Notes: generated by a model from the sequence alone, not told the origin. A stretch of 64,000 nucleotides of DNA from Octopus vulgaris (GCA_951406725.2 OX597824.1:23622001-23686000); one strand, 5' to 3'. Shown: positions 1 through 13,164, numbered from the stretch's first letter. Made by a program: numbers and translations.

Positions 1-129
1 TGTGGAAGGGCGTATGCTCGAAACGTTAAAGACTTTTTCAATTCCCGAGCGTTATACTAATACAATTGTTTGTTTTCTACACCACCTGTCTTCGTCTTCT
101 GTTTTTTTGTTGTTTTTTTTGTGAATCCT

Positions 130-133
<4 letters not shown>
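1..133 (+). mobile_element. Penelope pseudo-LTR fragment with degenerate HHR 3' half (cut by window edge)
   Basis: Similar to 4635-4765 (GCTCGAAACGTTAAAGACTT...ATACTAATACAATTGTT...CACCTG.CTTCGTCTT); ends at (TA)n. Confidence 0.7.
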
Positions 134-168
<35 letters not shown>

Positions 169-171
<3 letters not shown>

Positions 172-322
172 GCAGGGCTGGCTGTGTGGCAAGTAGCTTG
201 CTTGTCAACCACATGGTTCCGGGTTCATTCCCACTGCGTGGTACCTTGGGTAAGTGCCTTCTACTATAGCCTCGAGCCGACCAAAGCCTTGTGAGTGGAT
301 TTGGTAGACGGAAACTGAAAGA
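169..322 (+). mobile_element. SINE family A, 5' half
   Basis: tRNA-like head GTGGCTGTGTGG.AAGTAGCTTGC...GGTTCCGGGTTCA.TCCC shared with many copies in the window. Confidence 0.8.
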
Positions 323-583
323 TACTTGTACAATTCACAATATGGTCTGTGCGATACTCCTAGCCAACCGATAGAGGTTTTCATTTTGAAGTGCTACGAT
401 TTCTAGTGAGTCCTTTTCCTTATATATATATATATATATATATACATAATATAAATAGCTAGGTCCAATGTAATAGTATAAAGGAAAAATTTTATCGTAA
501 CCGAATGTAACTGAGTGTGCAGAAGCACCTACATTGCTAGAAATAAGAGTTAGAAACTATAAATGCTGTAAGAAGCACGCAAG

Positions 584-682
<99 letters not shown>

Positions 683-836
683 TATCTTGCCCATATAATA
701 CAGTAAATGAATTGATTGCATCGCAATCATTAACATTTATGTATTAACTTTGTTGGGTACTTCACTAGCAGTATATTGGATATATGTTATCCCATGGAGG
801 GTTGCATTTACAACCCCTATCTCAATTTGTATATGT

Positions 837-867
<31 letters not shown>

Positions 868-1500
868 CCGACAGGGGCGGTAACCGCCCCATGACTGTCT
901 GTAGAATCACTACACTAGACTAGGCTAGGTTTGCCTGTTTTGTAGGCATCATTATACATACATACATACATACATACACTTATATACTTCCCTCACAAAA
1001 CACTCAAAGTGCTAGATCAAGGATTTTAAGATATCCACCAAGGCCACTCAACGCGTCAGGGGTAACTTCAGAATCATCGAGCTTACACCTCATCAAAGGG
1101 ACCACCAATAATGAACAGGAAAGAACTACATGAAGCTGACTAGTTACTATAGCAACAACTGTTTGCGCATATCACCTTCCAGCTTCCGTCCCTCCTCCTT
1201 TCTTCCTCTTTCTCCCCACACATCTGAGCTACGAACTTTTCCGTCCCGAACTTTCCAAATTGTCCTGAAGAAAGGTCACATCCCAGAATATATAGAAACA
1301 TAAAGGTAAAACTACAATTTTGTTTTGTTTACTTTTCTTTTTGTTGTTTACTTTATATTTTCTCATATTCTTCCGGATTTACACAACAAAGCTCTTTAAA
1401 ATAAATAGATCTGCGTGTCGGGGGGGCGATATGTGCGTATACGTATGTGTGCATATCTGTACAGCGCGTCTACTTGTCTTTGTGTGTATGTAGGTGTGTA

Positions 1501-1535
<35 letters not shown>

Positions 1536-1639
1536 ACCCCCCACACACCTCCCCAATCCCTCCCCCTCAGACCTCCACGAGACCTACCACCCCTCCTACT
1601 TCTATTCCACCCACCCCTTCTCCACTTCCGTCTGTTGTT

Positions 1640-4126
1640 ACCATTCCTCCCGATCTTCCCCTCTCTGCGGCTGAACGCTCCGTCCTTGGTAGGGGTCTGC
1701 GTTTCATCCCCCTCACTCCATCCTGTAAGGAATTCCAGACGCGAGTTGATGTCCACAGCTTTGTGCGCCGTGTCCGGTTGGGTGCGCATTACCACGACTC
1801 GCCACCCACACCCAACGAAGAGGACTGCTTCACTGGCCTGGGCCGCCGACCATCCCCGTGGACGCCTGCCCCTGGCCAGATCCTAGCAGTGGATCTTTTC
1901 GCGGGCGCTTGTCAGCGTGCATTGGAGCGGTTCAACTTCTCCAGGCGCCAACGCCGCCTCAACATCTCCCCGGCTGAGCTCTTGGCTCTCCGTTCCCTCC
2001 AACGGCGCGCTGACATTATCATCAAACCGGCTGACAAGGGTGGAGCTGTAGTGGTGTGGCGCGCGGACCTCTATAGGGCCGAGGCTTTCCGCCAACTCAA
2101 TGACACCTCCTTCTATTTCCCTCTGCCCTCTAACCCCGCACGTAGCTACCAACAGACGGTATCCTCTACTGTCCACGACCTCATCTCGTCCTCCCGTCTC
2201 CCCCGCACCGCATCCAACCTAATTGTGCGAACCCCACGTACCCCCACCATTTACTTCCTCCCCCAAATCCCCAAACCCAACAACCCTGGCCGCCCCATCG
2301 TCTCCGCCTGTAACTGCCCCACGGAGCTCATCTCTAAATACCTCGACCGTGTCTTTGCCCCCCTAGTGGCATCTCTTCCCTCCCACATCCACGATACCAA
2401 CCATGCTCTCCGGCTTTTCAACTCTTTCTCCTTTCCTCCCGGCTCCTCCAAAATCCTTTTTACTATGGACATCCAAAGCCTCTATACTGTTATCCCTCAC
2501 CACGAAGGACTGCAGGCCCTTCGACACTTTCTTGACCTCCGCTCTAACCCTGTACCTGACACCTCCACACTCATTCGTCTGGCCGAACTTGTCCTTACTC
2601 TGAACTGCTTCTCGTTCGCGGGCGAGTTCTACCATCAGATCTCGGGAGTGGCCATGGGAACGCGAATGGGCCCCCAACTATGCGAACCTGTTCGTTGGCT
2701 ATGTTGAGGCCCAAATATTCTCTAATTTCACTGGTCCCACTCCCGAACTATATGGTCGTTACATCGACGACATTATCTGTGCCACCTCACTCTCCCGCGA
2801 ACATCTAGATTCCTTCCTCTCTTTCGTCCAATCTTTCCATCCAGCCCTCCACTTCACTTCCACTATCTCCAACACCTCTGTCTCCTTCCTCGACATTTCG
2901 GTTAGCATTCTTCACTCCACTCTTACCACCTCCATTCACTACAAACACACAGACTCACACTCATACCTCAACTTCTCTTCCTCCACCCAGAACACACCAA
3001 GCTTTCCATCCCCTATTCCCAATTCCTCCGTCTACGTAGGCTCTGTAGTGACGACCATGACTTTGAGACTCAGTCTCAACGTATGGCTCACCACTTCACC
3101 CTACGTGGATACCCCCTCACCACTATCCACACCGCCCTTGCCAGAGCACGGTCCGTGGACCGTGTATCTGCTCTCTCTCCCCGAACCCGCCCTGTAGTCT
3201 CCCGCCTCCCTTTTCCCCTCACTTACCACCCCACGACCCTACGTCTCCAACGCACCATTCTTCGAGCTTTCCGTCATCTCCAGTCCGACCCGTCCACTTC
3301 ACACCTCTTCCCTAACCGACCCCTCCCCTCTTTCAAACGAGCCCACAACCTTCGAGACCTTTTGGTCCATAGCTCCTTCCCTGACCCTACCTCCCAACCC
3401 GGCTCGTTCCCCTGCTCCCGCCCACGTTGCCGCACTTGCCCTTACCTCTCCAACACCACCCGCCTCACTAGCACCCACCATCGACCCTATCCCATCATCC
3501 ACTCCTTCACCTGCACCTCCAGCAATATTATCTATTGCATCTCTTGCTCTCTCTGCAATTCCTTGTACATCGGACAAACGGGACGCCGCTTGGCTGACCG
3601 GTTTGCGGAACACCTTCGTGACATCCACCTTGCTAACGACACACCGGTCTCACGCCATTTCCGCTCCACCGGTCACTCCTTGCAACACCTATCTGTGTTC
3701 GGTTTGTCCTTACACAGAGGCCATCCGGATTCCCGTTTGCGCCGTGAACAGGAATTAATCTTCTCTCTTCGCTCTTATACGCCATTTGGTCTCAACTCTC
3801 CCCCCTCCTCATCTAACCCCCCTCTCCCCCTCCTCACCTATCCTTTTCCCCCGACCCCTGCTTCTTCAGTCCTTCATCCTTTCACCCCTACTCCCCTTCC
3901 CTTCTTCCCTCTTTCTCCCTCCCTCCTTCCCTCTTCCCCTTCCCTCTGCTCCCTCACTCCCCCTCTCCCTCTTTCCTCCTTCCTCCCCCTCCTCCCCTTC
4001 CTTCTCCCCTCCTCTCCTCTTCCCCCCTCCCCCCCTCCCACTCCTCCCCTCCCCCTCCTCCCCCCTCTTCTCCTCACTACACCACACGACTTCACACATC
4101 ACATCATATATGATGTGCCATACTAA
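1640..4126 (+). pseudogene. Penelope RT + GIY-YIG endonuclease with two frameshifts
   Basis: LSAAERSVLGRGLRFIP, IKPADKGGAVVV, PGRPIVS, MDIQSLYTVIP, GVAMGTRMGP, RYIDD (YIDD 2760-2771), FLD, CSRPRCRTC linker, NIIYCISC..YIGQTGRRLADRFAEH..HF..H..E..PFGLN. One extra C near 2673 and one missing C near 2983. No start codon; read-through to a stop at 4126 after ~3800 is low complexity. Confidence 0.92.
3800..4080. repeat. C/T-only low-complexity tract
   Basis: About 280 bp of almost pure pyrimidine runs on the + strand. Confidence 0.85.
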
Positions 4127-4460
4127 TACATACACCAACTAATACATACTAATACGTACAAATACATACTAATACATACTAATACATACACCAACCCTAT
4201 ACATACACACGTCCAGACCCCTCATACGCACTTATACTCTCTCATACACACACACACACACACTTATACATACTAATACGTACTAATACATACTAACACA
4301 TACTAATACATACACCAACCCCATACATACGCACGTCCAGACCAATCCTACGCACTAATACTCTCTCATACACACACACACACACACACACCCTTATACA
4401 TACTAATACATACACCAACCCTATACATACACACGTCCAGACCCCTCCTACGCACTATTA
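4120..4460 (+). repeat. ~120-bp tandem units in the Penelope 3' region
   Basis: TAATACATACACCAACCCTATACATACACACGTCCAGACC recurs three times. Confidence 0.8.
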
Positions 4461-4630
4461 GCTGGTCCTTCAACCATATTATCAACCCTATTATCTCCCC
4501 TTATTTCGCTCTCGCGTCTCATGTTTGATCTTTGACCTCTGGCCGAAATCAGATCGCCATGTTGATTCGTTAGCTACTGCACGCATTTTTTTTCTCTCCT
4601 TCTTTCTGTGTTTTTTTTCTCTCTGTGTAC

Positions 4631-4666
4631 CTTTCTGTTGAAGAGCGTAGGCTCGAAACGTTAAAG
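4631..4666 (+). ncRNA. Minimal type I hammerhead-like motif, CUGUUGA core variant
   Basis: Stem I CTTT/AAAG; core CTGTTGA; stem II GAGC-GTAG-GCTC; GAA; palindromic stem III ACGT; GUU site. Confidence 0.65.
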
Positions 4667-4765
4667 ACTTGTTTTATTTATATTTCCTGAGCGCCATACT
4701 AATACAATTGTTCGTTTGTTTTCCACCTGCCTTCGTCTTTTGTCTATTTTCATAAAGCTTCCCGT

Positions 4766-4845
<80 letters not shown>

Positions 4846-4848
<3 letters not shown>

Positions 4849-5251
4849 GAGTGGCTTGGTGGTAAGTAGCTTGCTAACCAACCACATGGTTCCGAGTTCA
4901 GTCCCACTGCGTGGCATCTTGGGCAAGTGTCTTCTGCTATAGCCCCGGGCCAACCAATGCCTTGTGAGTTGATTTGGTAGACGGAAACTGAAAGAAGCCT
5001 GTCGTATATATGTATGTATATATATATATATGTGTGTGTGTGTTTGTGTGTCTGTGTTTGTCCCCCTAGCATTGCTTGACAACTGATGCTGGTGTGTTTA
5101 CGTCCCCGTCACTTAGCGGTTCGGCAAAATAGACCGATAGAATAAGTACTGGGCTTACAAAGACTAAGTCCCTGGGTCGATTTGATCGACTAAAGGCGGT
5201 GCTCCAGCATGGCTGCAGTCAAATGACTGAAACAAGTAAAAGAGTAAAAGA

Positions 5252-5252
<1 letters not shown>
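4846..5252 (+). mobile_element. SINE family A, near full length
   Basis: tRNA-like head, central TA/TG microsatellite, conserved body, (AGTAAAAG)n tail. Confidence 0.88.
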
Positions 5253-5290
<38 letters not shown>

Positions 5291-5294
<4 letters not shown>

Positions 5295-5508
5295 GGTGTG
5301 CCAAAAGTTTCTGGCTCTGGGTAAAAGAAAATACAGGAGGATCAGTTAATTATGGGTCTATTGAACATACTCCCATCTCAGATTCACACACTTAGTGCAG
5401 CGGTCCTTCAGTTTTTCTAAGCCCTGCAAAAGAATTCGGAAGTCTGGGACTCCGAACAAAGCCTGTCCCACCAATCTTAAAGTCAGAACCTTTTCAGCGA
5501 CCCCCGCG
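5291..5508 (-). mobile_element. Mariner-derived MITE
   Basis: Degenerate TIRs (TGAGGGTGTGCCAAAAGTT / AACCTTTTCAGCGACCCCCGCG), TA flanks; minus strand encodes a mariner-like C-terminus GLEKLKDRCTKCVNLRWEYVQ*. Confidence 0.7.
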
Positions 5509-5544
5509 TATATATATATATATATATATATATAAATATGTTCA

Positions 5545-5760
5545 TTTATTCCTCTATTTGTTTCAGTTATTTGACCGCGGCCATACTGGAGCACCGCCTT
5601 GACGAGTATTTTGTCGAAAAATTTGACTCCAGGGCTTATTTTAAAGCCGAGTACTTATTCTACGCGTCTCTTTGCTGAACCGCCATGTTACAGGGGCGTA
5701 AACACACCGACACCGGTTGCAAGCGATGATGGGGCACAAACACAGACATAGAGACACGAA
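5545..5760 (-). mobile_element. SINE family A, 3' half, diverged
   Basis: TTGTTTCAGT.ATTTGAC.GCGGCCAT.CTGGAGCACCGCC body. Confidence 0.7.
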
Positions 5761-5774
5761 TACATGGATTTATG

Positions 5775-5822
<48 letters not shown>

Positions 5823-5837
5823 TATATGTATGTATAT

Positions 5838-5940
<103 letters not shown>

Positions 5941-6068
5941 GATAAGAGTAAATAATTTCTATAAAGGCTTTTAAAAAAACCCCAATTAGTTACTGATAGA
6001 ATTCGGTATGTAAATATAGCCGATTACCGGCAGGAACTTCTGTAAAGTTCAGTATATATATTGTATAT

Positions 6069-6151
6069 AAGAAAAAGGGACAGGCAAAACAGGTTGCCTG
6101 TCCCTTTTTTTCGGTATGCGGTCAAGCAACCTGTTTTGCCTGTCCCTTTTT

Positions 6152-6154
<3 letters not shown>
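6069..6154. repeat. Perfect 29-bp inverted repeat with nested third arm
   Basis: AAGAAAAAGGGACAGGCAAAACAGGTTGC (6069-6097) and its exact reverse complement (6126-6154). Confidence 0.9.
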
Positions 6155-6190
<36 letters not shown>

Positions 6191-6215
6191 TTATATATAT
6201 ATATGTATTTATATA

Positions 6216-6284
<69 letters not shown>

Positions 6285-6311
6285 TATTATAATATATATA
6301 TATATATATAT

Positions 6312-6460
6312 GTACGACGAAATTCTTTCAGTTTCAGTCTACCAAATCCACTCACAAGTCTTCTGGGCGTCCCGAATCTACAGCAGAACTAGATGCCTCG
6401 CAGTGGGACTGAACCCAGAACCATGTGGCTGGAGAGCAAGTTTCTTACCACACAAGATTC
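6312..6460 (-). mobile_element. SINE family A, 5' half
   Basis: Reverse-complement head GCAGTGGGACTGAACCC.GAACCATGTGG. Confidence 0.75.
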
Positions 6461-6463
6461 TTA

Positions 6464-6531
<68 letters not shown>

Positions 6532-6887
6532 CAAATATATACACGTACGCTCACAAGCACACACTCGTACACCACACAAACGCACATATACGAAATGAAA
6601 GAAATGAATACATATGAGTATTCATTCATCTACATATCTAACCATTCATCCACACATGTAAACTATATATTCCTCTGTATGTATGGATTGATGAATGGGT
6701 ACTTGAATTAAACTGTAGCCTATGAATGAATAGTGACTGTTTTGCACACTCATTGACACACTCTGAATTATACATTCACAATGTATTTTATCGATTCCTG
6801 TAAATAATATCAAACAAGTTATTGATGTGTTCAGGACATTTTAAAGGGGGAAAAAGGAGATATTTCCAATATTAAGCAAGTTTAAAA

Positions 6888-7452
6888 GCGCCGAGCTGGC
6901 AGAAACTTTAGCACGCCGGGCGAAATGCTTAGCGGGATTTCGTCCGTCTTTACTTTTTGAGTTCAAATTCCGCCGAGGTCGACTTTGCCTTACATCCTTT
7001 CGGGGTCGATTAAATAAGTACAGTTACGCACTTAATCCCTTTATCTGTCCTTGTTTGTCCCCACTATGTTTATCTCCTTGTGGGCAATAAAGAAATTAGA
7101 AACGTTAGCACACCGGGCAAAATGCTTAGTGGTATTTCGTCCATCATTACGTTGTGAGTTCAAATTCCGCTGAGGTCGACTTTGCATTTCATTCTTTCGG
7201 GGTCGATAAATTAAGTATCAGTTGCGTACTGGAGTCGATCTAATCGACTGGTCCCTCCCCAAAATTTCGGGCCTTGTCCCTAGAGTAGGAAAGAATGTTA
7301 AACATGTTTAATATGACGAGATTGTAGAATCTTTTAGCACACCGGGCAAAATGCTTAGCGGAATTTCACCCACCCTTGCGTTCTGAGTTCAAATTCCACC
7401 CATGTCGAATTTGCCCTTCATCCTTTCGGGGTCGTTAAAATAAGCACCAGTT
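6888..7452 (+). mobile_element. SINE family B cluster (three partial units)
   Basis: GAGCTGGCAGAAAC.TTAGCACGCCGGGCGAAATG...GAGTTCAAATTCCGCCGAGGTCGACTTTGCCTT.CATCCTTTCGGGGTCGAT; central block resembles the Meta-SINE domain. Confidence 0.8.
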
Positions 7453-7869
7453 GGCTTTCTGCCAAGATTTGAAACGGATGTTAGTTGTGTTTTAACCAAA
7501 ATATTTTACTATTTTCTTTCATTGGATTGTGGCCATGCTGGGGCACCGCTTTGTAGTTAACTAGTCAAAGGAATCGACTGTAGCATTTAATTTTTTAATT
7601 CTAGTTCTTACTCTTAAGACTCTATTAAGTTTGGTTCTTTCTCTTATTCTGTCAACTATATTTGCCGAACTGCTAAGTTACGGAAACGTAAACAAATCTA
7701 CACTGGTGCTAAAGTGATGTAACAACATCTACCAACTTAACTCAAAAGTCATTTGTCGATCTGGGGATATAATAGAACTTTGCTCAAGGTGCGGCGCAGG
7801 AGGACTGAACCTGTATCCACATTGCTGGAAAGCGAGCTTAACCAAACAGCCATATATATGTATATGCTT

Positions 7870-7870
7870 T

Positions 7871-7901
<31 letters not shown>

Positions 7902-8448
7902 TATGTATGTATGTGGGTGTGTGTGTATGTATGTGTGTATGTATGTATGTATGTATGTATGTATGTATGTATGTGTGTGTGTATGTATGTATGTATGTAT
8001 GTATGTATGTATGTATGTATGTATGTATGTGTGTGTGTATGTATGTATGTATGTATGTATGTATGCTTGTATTCTATGTATGTATGTGTGTGTGTATGTA
8101 TGTGTGTATGTATGTATGTATGTATGTATGTATGTGTGTGTGTATGTATGTATGTATGTATGTATGTATGTATGTATGTATGTATGTATGTATGTATGTA
8201 TGTATGTATGTATGTATGTATGTATGTATGTATGTATGTATGTATGTATGTATGTATGTATGTATGTATGTATGTATGTATGTATGTATGTATGTATGTA
8301 TGTATGTATGTATGTGTGTGTGTATGTATGTGTGTATGTATGTATGTATGTATGTGTGTATGTATGTATGTATGTATGTATGTGTGTGTGTATGTATGTA
8401 TGTATGTATGTATGTATGTATGTATGTATGTATGTATGTATGTATGTA
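7870..8448. repeat. (TATG)n/(TG)n microsatellite
   Basis: Directly visible; explains the MYVC-repeat ORFs. Confidence 0.97.
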
Positions 8449-9683
8449 CGAGGGGTGTAAGAAACGTTTTGAGCCTAACCTAGAAACGGGGCTACTAGGT
8501 AGCTGAAACAATTTTTTCTGGTAAGTACAGTCTTTTCGGAGTCTTCTTGCACATTTTCCCGATTTTGAAATTTGTTTTTTTTTTTTGCAGAATTTTGAAT
8601 AAACAATGTGTCGAGGTCACAAGGAAAATGGATAAAACTGAGTATCGTGCTGCCATAAAGTACCTTCATTTGAAAAGCATGACTCCATCAGAAATTCATG
8701 AAGATATGGTGAGAACCTTAACAGACAATGCTCTTTCATATGCAGCAGTCAAATGCTGGTTAAATGAATTCAAACATGACAGGGAGAGTGTGGAATATGA
8801 TCTCAGACCAGGGAGACCTCCATCTGCAACCACCAATGACAACCTTAACCTTGCTCTTGGTATGATAATGCAAGATCACCGAATATTATGTCGTCAGATA
8901 GCCGAGGAATTGGACATCTCAAATGAAAGAGTAGACCACATTGTGACAAAATAACTCGCTTTTTGACTCCTGAACAGAAACCCACCAGGTGCACTTTGTC
9001 AACGAGTAATCTGCAACTTTTTGAAGCCGATGAAGAGAATTTTCTTGCGAGTTTCTTTACTACGGACGAAAGTTAGGTTCGTCTCTACCAGCCTGAAACC
9101 AAAGAACAAATCAAAGCAATGAAAGCACACATCTTCTCCTACCCCAAAGAAGGCCAGGGTCAATCCTTCAGCTGGCAAGGTCGTGGCATCCGTTTTTTTT
9201 GGATTCTCAAGGTGTCTTGCTGATCGATTACCAAGAAAAGGGTCACACCGTGACAGGACTGTATTATTCTCAGCTACTGAAACGCCTCTGCGGAGCAATC
9301 AAAGAAAAAAGGCCGGGAATGCTCACTAGAGGAGTCCTTTTTCATCACGACAATGCTCTAGCCCACACATCAGTGGGTGCCATGGCAACAATTCATGATT
9401 GCCTTATTCGCCAGACTGAGCCCCCTCTGACTTTCAGCTATTCCCCAAAATGAAAAAAAAAAAAAGCCCTGGATGGTCGCTATTTTGCCAGTGTCAATGA
9501 CGTCATAGAAGCTGTAGGAAGTTTCTTGGAGTCTCAAACGAAAGGGTTCTTCTACTCCGGAATAATGGCGCTTCAGCACCGCGGGAGGAAGTGTTCAGCC
9601 ATCGAGGGGGACTATGTTGAAAAATAAATCATCAGAAATCTTGTACCATGTTTTGTTTTGTTATGTTTCTCATACACCCCTCG
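8449..9683 (+). mobile_element. Mariner DNA transposon, decayed
   Basis: TIRs CGAGGGGTGTAAGAAAC / GTTTCTCATACACCCCTCG, TA on the left, internal transposase remnant. Confidence 0.92.
8628..9627 (+). pseudogene. Mariner transposase pseudogene
   Basis: MDKTEYRAAIKYL..HTH..RPGRP, TTDE, SAGKV, WDSQGVLLIDY, FHHDNA, PYSPD*APSD, GDYVEK*; several stops, frameshifts and deletions. Confidence 0.9.
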
Positions 9684-9697
9684 CATGTATATGTCTG

Positions 9698-9782
<85 letters not shown>

Positions 9783-10220
9783 ACCTATCTATGTAATTAT
9801 ATATACATATATAACGTTTGATTAGAGAACAAGCATCAAATTCGAGTAAACAACGTTATATAACACCACGCGTCCATACATTTCATCATATATAAATATT
9901 GCTATGGGCTTTAACACATAAAGAATGCATATATAAAAAACACGGAAGGTAAAAAATATATATGAAAATAAGAATACTAATATATAGAACGGCCAATCAA
10001 GAAGGTATATACAATCAACTAAAAATTCTAAAGCGTGTCATGCGAAAATCTAAATAAAATATCAATCGACTAAAAAGAGATTTTTACTCCCCTCAATTAA
10101 AAATATATTAAACAAGATCATTTCATAAAAACCATGGTTAAGAACTTCTTTTTTGCAGTCTTATAAATTTCTTTGTCTCCATAAAAAAAGGCAAAAATTA
10201 TTTCTTGTAGTATATATATA

Positions 10221-10360
10221 TTAGCCGCATAACCCGTCGTTATCGGGCAACGACTTTTTGAAATTTTGGCTTATTTCATGTCAGACCAAGCCATCCAGAC
10301 AGATAGGCCTCTTGATCAGGAAAGATTTGTGTAATTTTTCGTAAAAAGCCTGACGTATTT
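10221..10360 (-). mobile_element. Possible Helitron 3'-end remnant
   Basis: Minus strand ends CCCGATAACGACGGG-TTATGCGG-CTAA (hairpin plus CTRR) next to (TA)n. Confidence 0.35.
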
Positions 10361-10374
10361 CTGTATATGTATAT

Positions 10375-10567
10375 ATATGTGTGTGTGTCTATGTTTGTCC
10401 CCCCAACATCGCTTGACAACCGATGCTGGTGTGTTTACGTCCCCGTAACTTAGCGGTTCGGCAAAACAGTCCGATAGCATACACAGAATAAGTCCTGGGG
10501 TCCATTTGCTCGACTAAAGGCGGTGCTCCAGCAAGGCCACAGTCAAATGACTGAAACAAGTAAAAGA

Positions 10568-10568
<1 letters not shown>
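10375..10568 (+). mobile_element. SINE family A, 3' half
   Basis: TTTGTCCCCCCAACATCGCTTGACAACCGATGCTGG...GAAACAAGTAAAAGAG. Confidence 0.82.
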
Positions 10569-10617
<49 letters not shown>

Positions 10618-11330
10618 ACATATATGTATGTATACATATATGTATGTATATGTATATGTATGTATGTATGTGTATATATATACATATATGAATGTATGTA
10701 TATATGTATGTATATATACATATGTATACATCTGTCTATCTACACACACATATACACATGCTTTTGCGTTATCAGATAAAGGAATATATGTGTGTATATG
10801 TGCATATATATTTGTACATATATATATATATACATACATACACACTTATATATATATACACACATGCATCATATATATATATATATATACACGCTGTCTA
10901 TGTTGTTATACTCTTTGACTTATTCAAACACTCCTCTTTACATTTGAAATTTTTGCATTCTCCTTAAGTTTGGGTGTACGGCGGTCATTACCCTCTGCAC
11001 CGAAATCTCTACCCGCCCACCCGTGGCTGCTACTCGTCTACCCGTGATAATTTGCTCCGATTACCTCCTCGTCCTCCTCTTCCTCCACATCCATCACCGC
11101 CAGCACCACCGCTAACACTATCGCTTACCACCATCAACAATAATAAAAGCAAAATAACAGCGGTACAGTTTACAATCTTCGCAAGCCTCTGTGTGAGTAA
11201 TGGTGAAAAACCTCGTTTCGATTCTGATAACGGATCCGCCACCCATATATTTCCCACCCACATCCGTATCTCCAGTATGTTTGCCTTTTGTCTGGGTCTC
11301 CCCCACTCATATCGGGTACACAGACAGATG

Positions 11331-11387
<57 letters not shown>

Positions 11388-11433
11388 TTCTGTCTGTATG
11401 TATATACGTGTGCGTGTCTGTATACAGATATAA

Positions 11434-11476
<43 letters not shown>

Positions 11477-12000
11477 CATATATTCATATGTATATATATA
11501 TATATACACATACATATATTTATATGTATATATATATACGCGCACACACATATACACATACACACAGACATACATATTTATATACGCACATGAACGTAAA
11601 GATAAAAACGCACCTACGTGCAGCATTATACACATACACACACAATCACAAGAACAGCTATACGTACATACATATATACAGTCATAAACACACACATGTA
11701 TATACTCAGATCTGTATACACATGCACACATGCAAACAATCCCTAGCTCCTGTACACATAAAAAAAAACAGACATAAAGAAAAACGATTCGCACATATAT
11801 ATACACACACAGACTTCCGTACCTACATGCCTACATACTGACATGCATGCATACATACATTTGTGGATATATAGATACATTCATACACTTACGAACATTA
11901 TTATTGCCACCCGTGGCCTTTCAAATAGTCTTGTACCCAACTTCCTCTGATACATTAACTCTTCGGAAAAGGGTGGCTGATTCTATGTTGTGTGCTTATA

Positions 12001-12031
<31 letters not shown>

Positions 12032-12163
12032 TTCAGTGTATACAAATGTGTGTGTGTGTGTGTGTGTGTGTGCGCGTGTGTATGTGTGTGTGTGTATGTG
12101 TGTGTGTATGTTTGTGTGCGTACTGTACATGTATACACGTACGTACGGATGTAAACATGTATG

Positions 12164-12215
<52 letters not shown>

Positions 12216-12316
12216 TGTGTGTATGTGAGTGTGTGTGTGAGCGTGTGTGTGTATGTGTACAGACTGATAGATAGATAGATAGACAGACATACATACCTAC
12301 ACACACGGATACATAC

Positions 12317-12385
<69 letters not shown>

Positions 12386-12668
12386 TATGTGTGTCTGTAT
12401 GTGAGTGATGTGTGTGTGTGTGTGTGTGTGTGTTTGTTTACATTTGTGTGTGTTCCAAATTAGCTGTTATTTAATTTCGACATTTGGCAGAGTATCACAA
12501 TGACTATCGGAAGTGATTTAGACAGAGATTGGAGCCAAATTCTCGTACACCAGTACATAACCGGTATTGCTTTGTTCATTTCCTGGAGTACATATGAAAC
12601 GATAAGAGGCACTCCTTTCAGCTACAAGAAATGGTAGCCAAATCTGACAATTACAGCCCACTGCGATC

Positions 12669-12737
<69 letters not shown>

Positions 12738-12798
12738 CATTATTATTATTATTATTATTATTATCATCATCATATCATCATCATCATCATCATCATCA

Positions 12799-12878
<80 letters not shown>
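12669..12878. repeat. (ATT)n/(ATC)n microsatellite
   Basis: Directly visible. Confidence 0.97.
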
Positions 12879-12880
<2 letters not shown>

Positions 12881-12930
12881 GGAAGAAGCATGGAATTCTA
12901 ATGTCTGAAAATATGACTACAACGGTTTGG

Positions 12931-13030
12931 GACTCCGCTTGAGGAAAGGCACTTAATGAAAGCGCATAGCAATATAGCGTGGATTGCATGTGCAGCTGCG
13001 CATTCTCTAGCCTAGAAACACGTGTCGGTC
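12931..13030 (+). ncRNA. Degenerate hammerhead-like motif
   Basis: TTGAGGA core-like; stem II AGGC...GCCT; GAA; palindromic stem III ACACGTGT; GUC site; stem I poorly paired. Confidence 0.45.
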
Positions 13031-13118
13031 ACTTTAACCAATTATGCATTATAATTAACTGTTAAAATTAAAAGAGAAATCTGAAGATGTTCCAGTCTCC
13101 GTCATCTTTGTAATTATC

Positions 13119-13163
<45 letters not shown>

Positions 13164-13164
<1 letters not shown>

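Larger units (their letters stand above)
1532..4765 (+). mobile_element. Penelope-like retroelement, 5'-truncated, Neptune-type Cys linker, 3' pseudo-LTR with HHR
   Basis: RT and GIY-YIG coding region, pyrimidine-rich 3' region, HHR-bearing terminal repeat; (TA)n on both sides. Confidence 0.92.

Noticed and set aside
1257-1320. AAATTGT-C-CTGAAGA...ACAATTT possible hammerhead
   Set aside because: A stem I-like pair and a core are present, but stems II and III cannot be folded; at best a deleted remnant.
1-4765. 1-133 and 4635-4765 as paired LTRs of one element
   Set aside because: The copies are diverged and separated from the ORF by unrelated inserts; solo copies are common in the window.
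4846-4920. tRNA genes at SINE heads
   Set aside because: A/B-box-like heads continue into SINE bodies and do not form a full cloverleaf.
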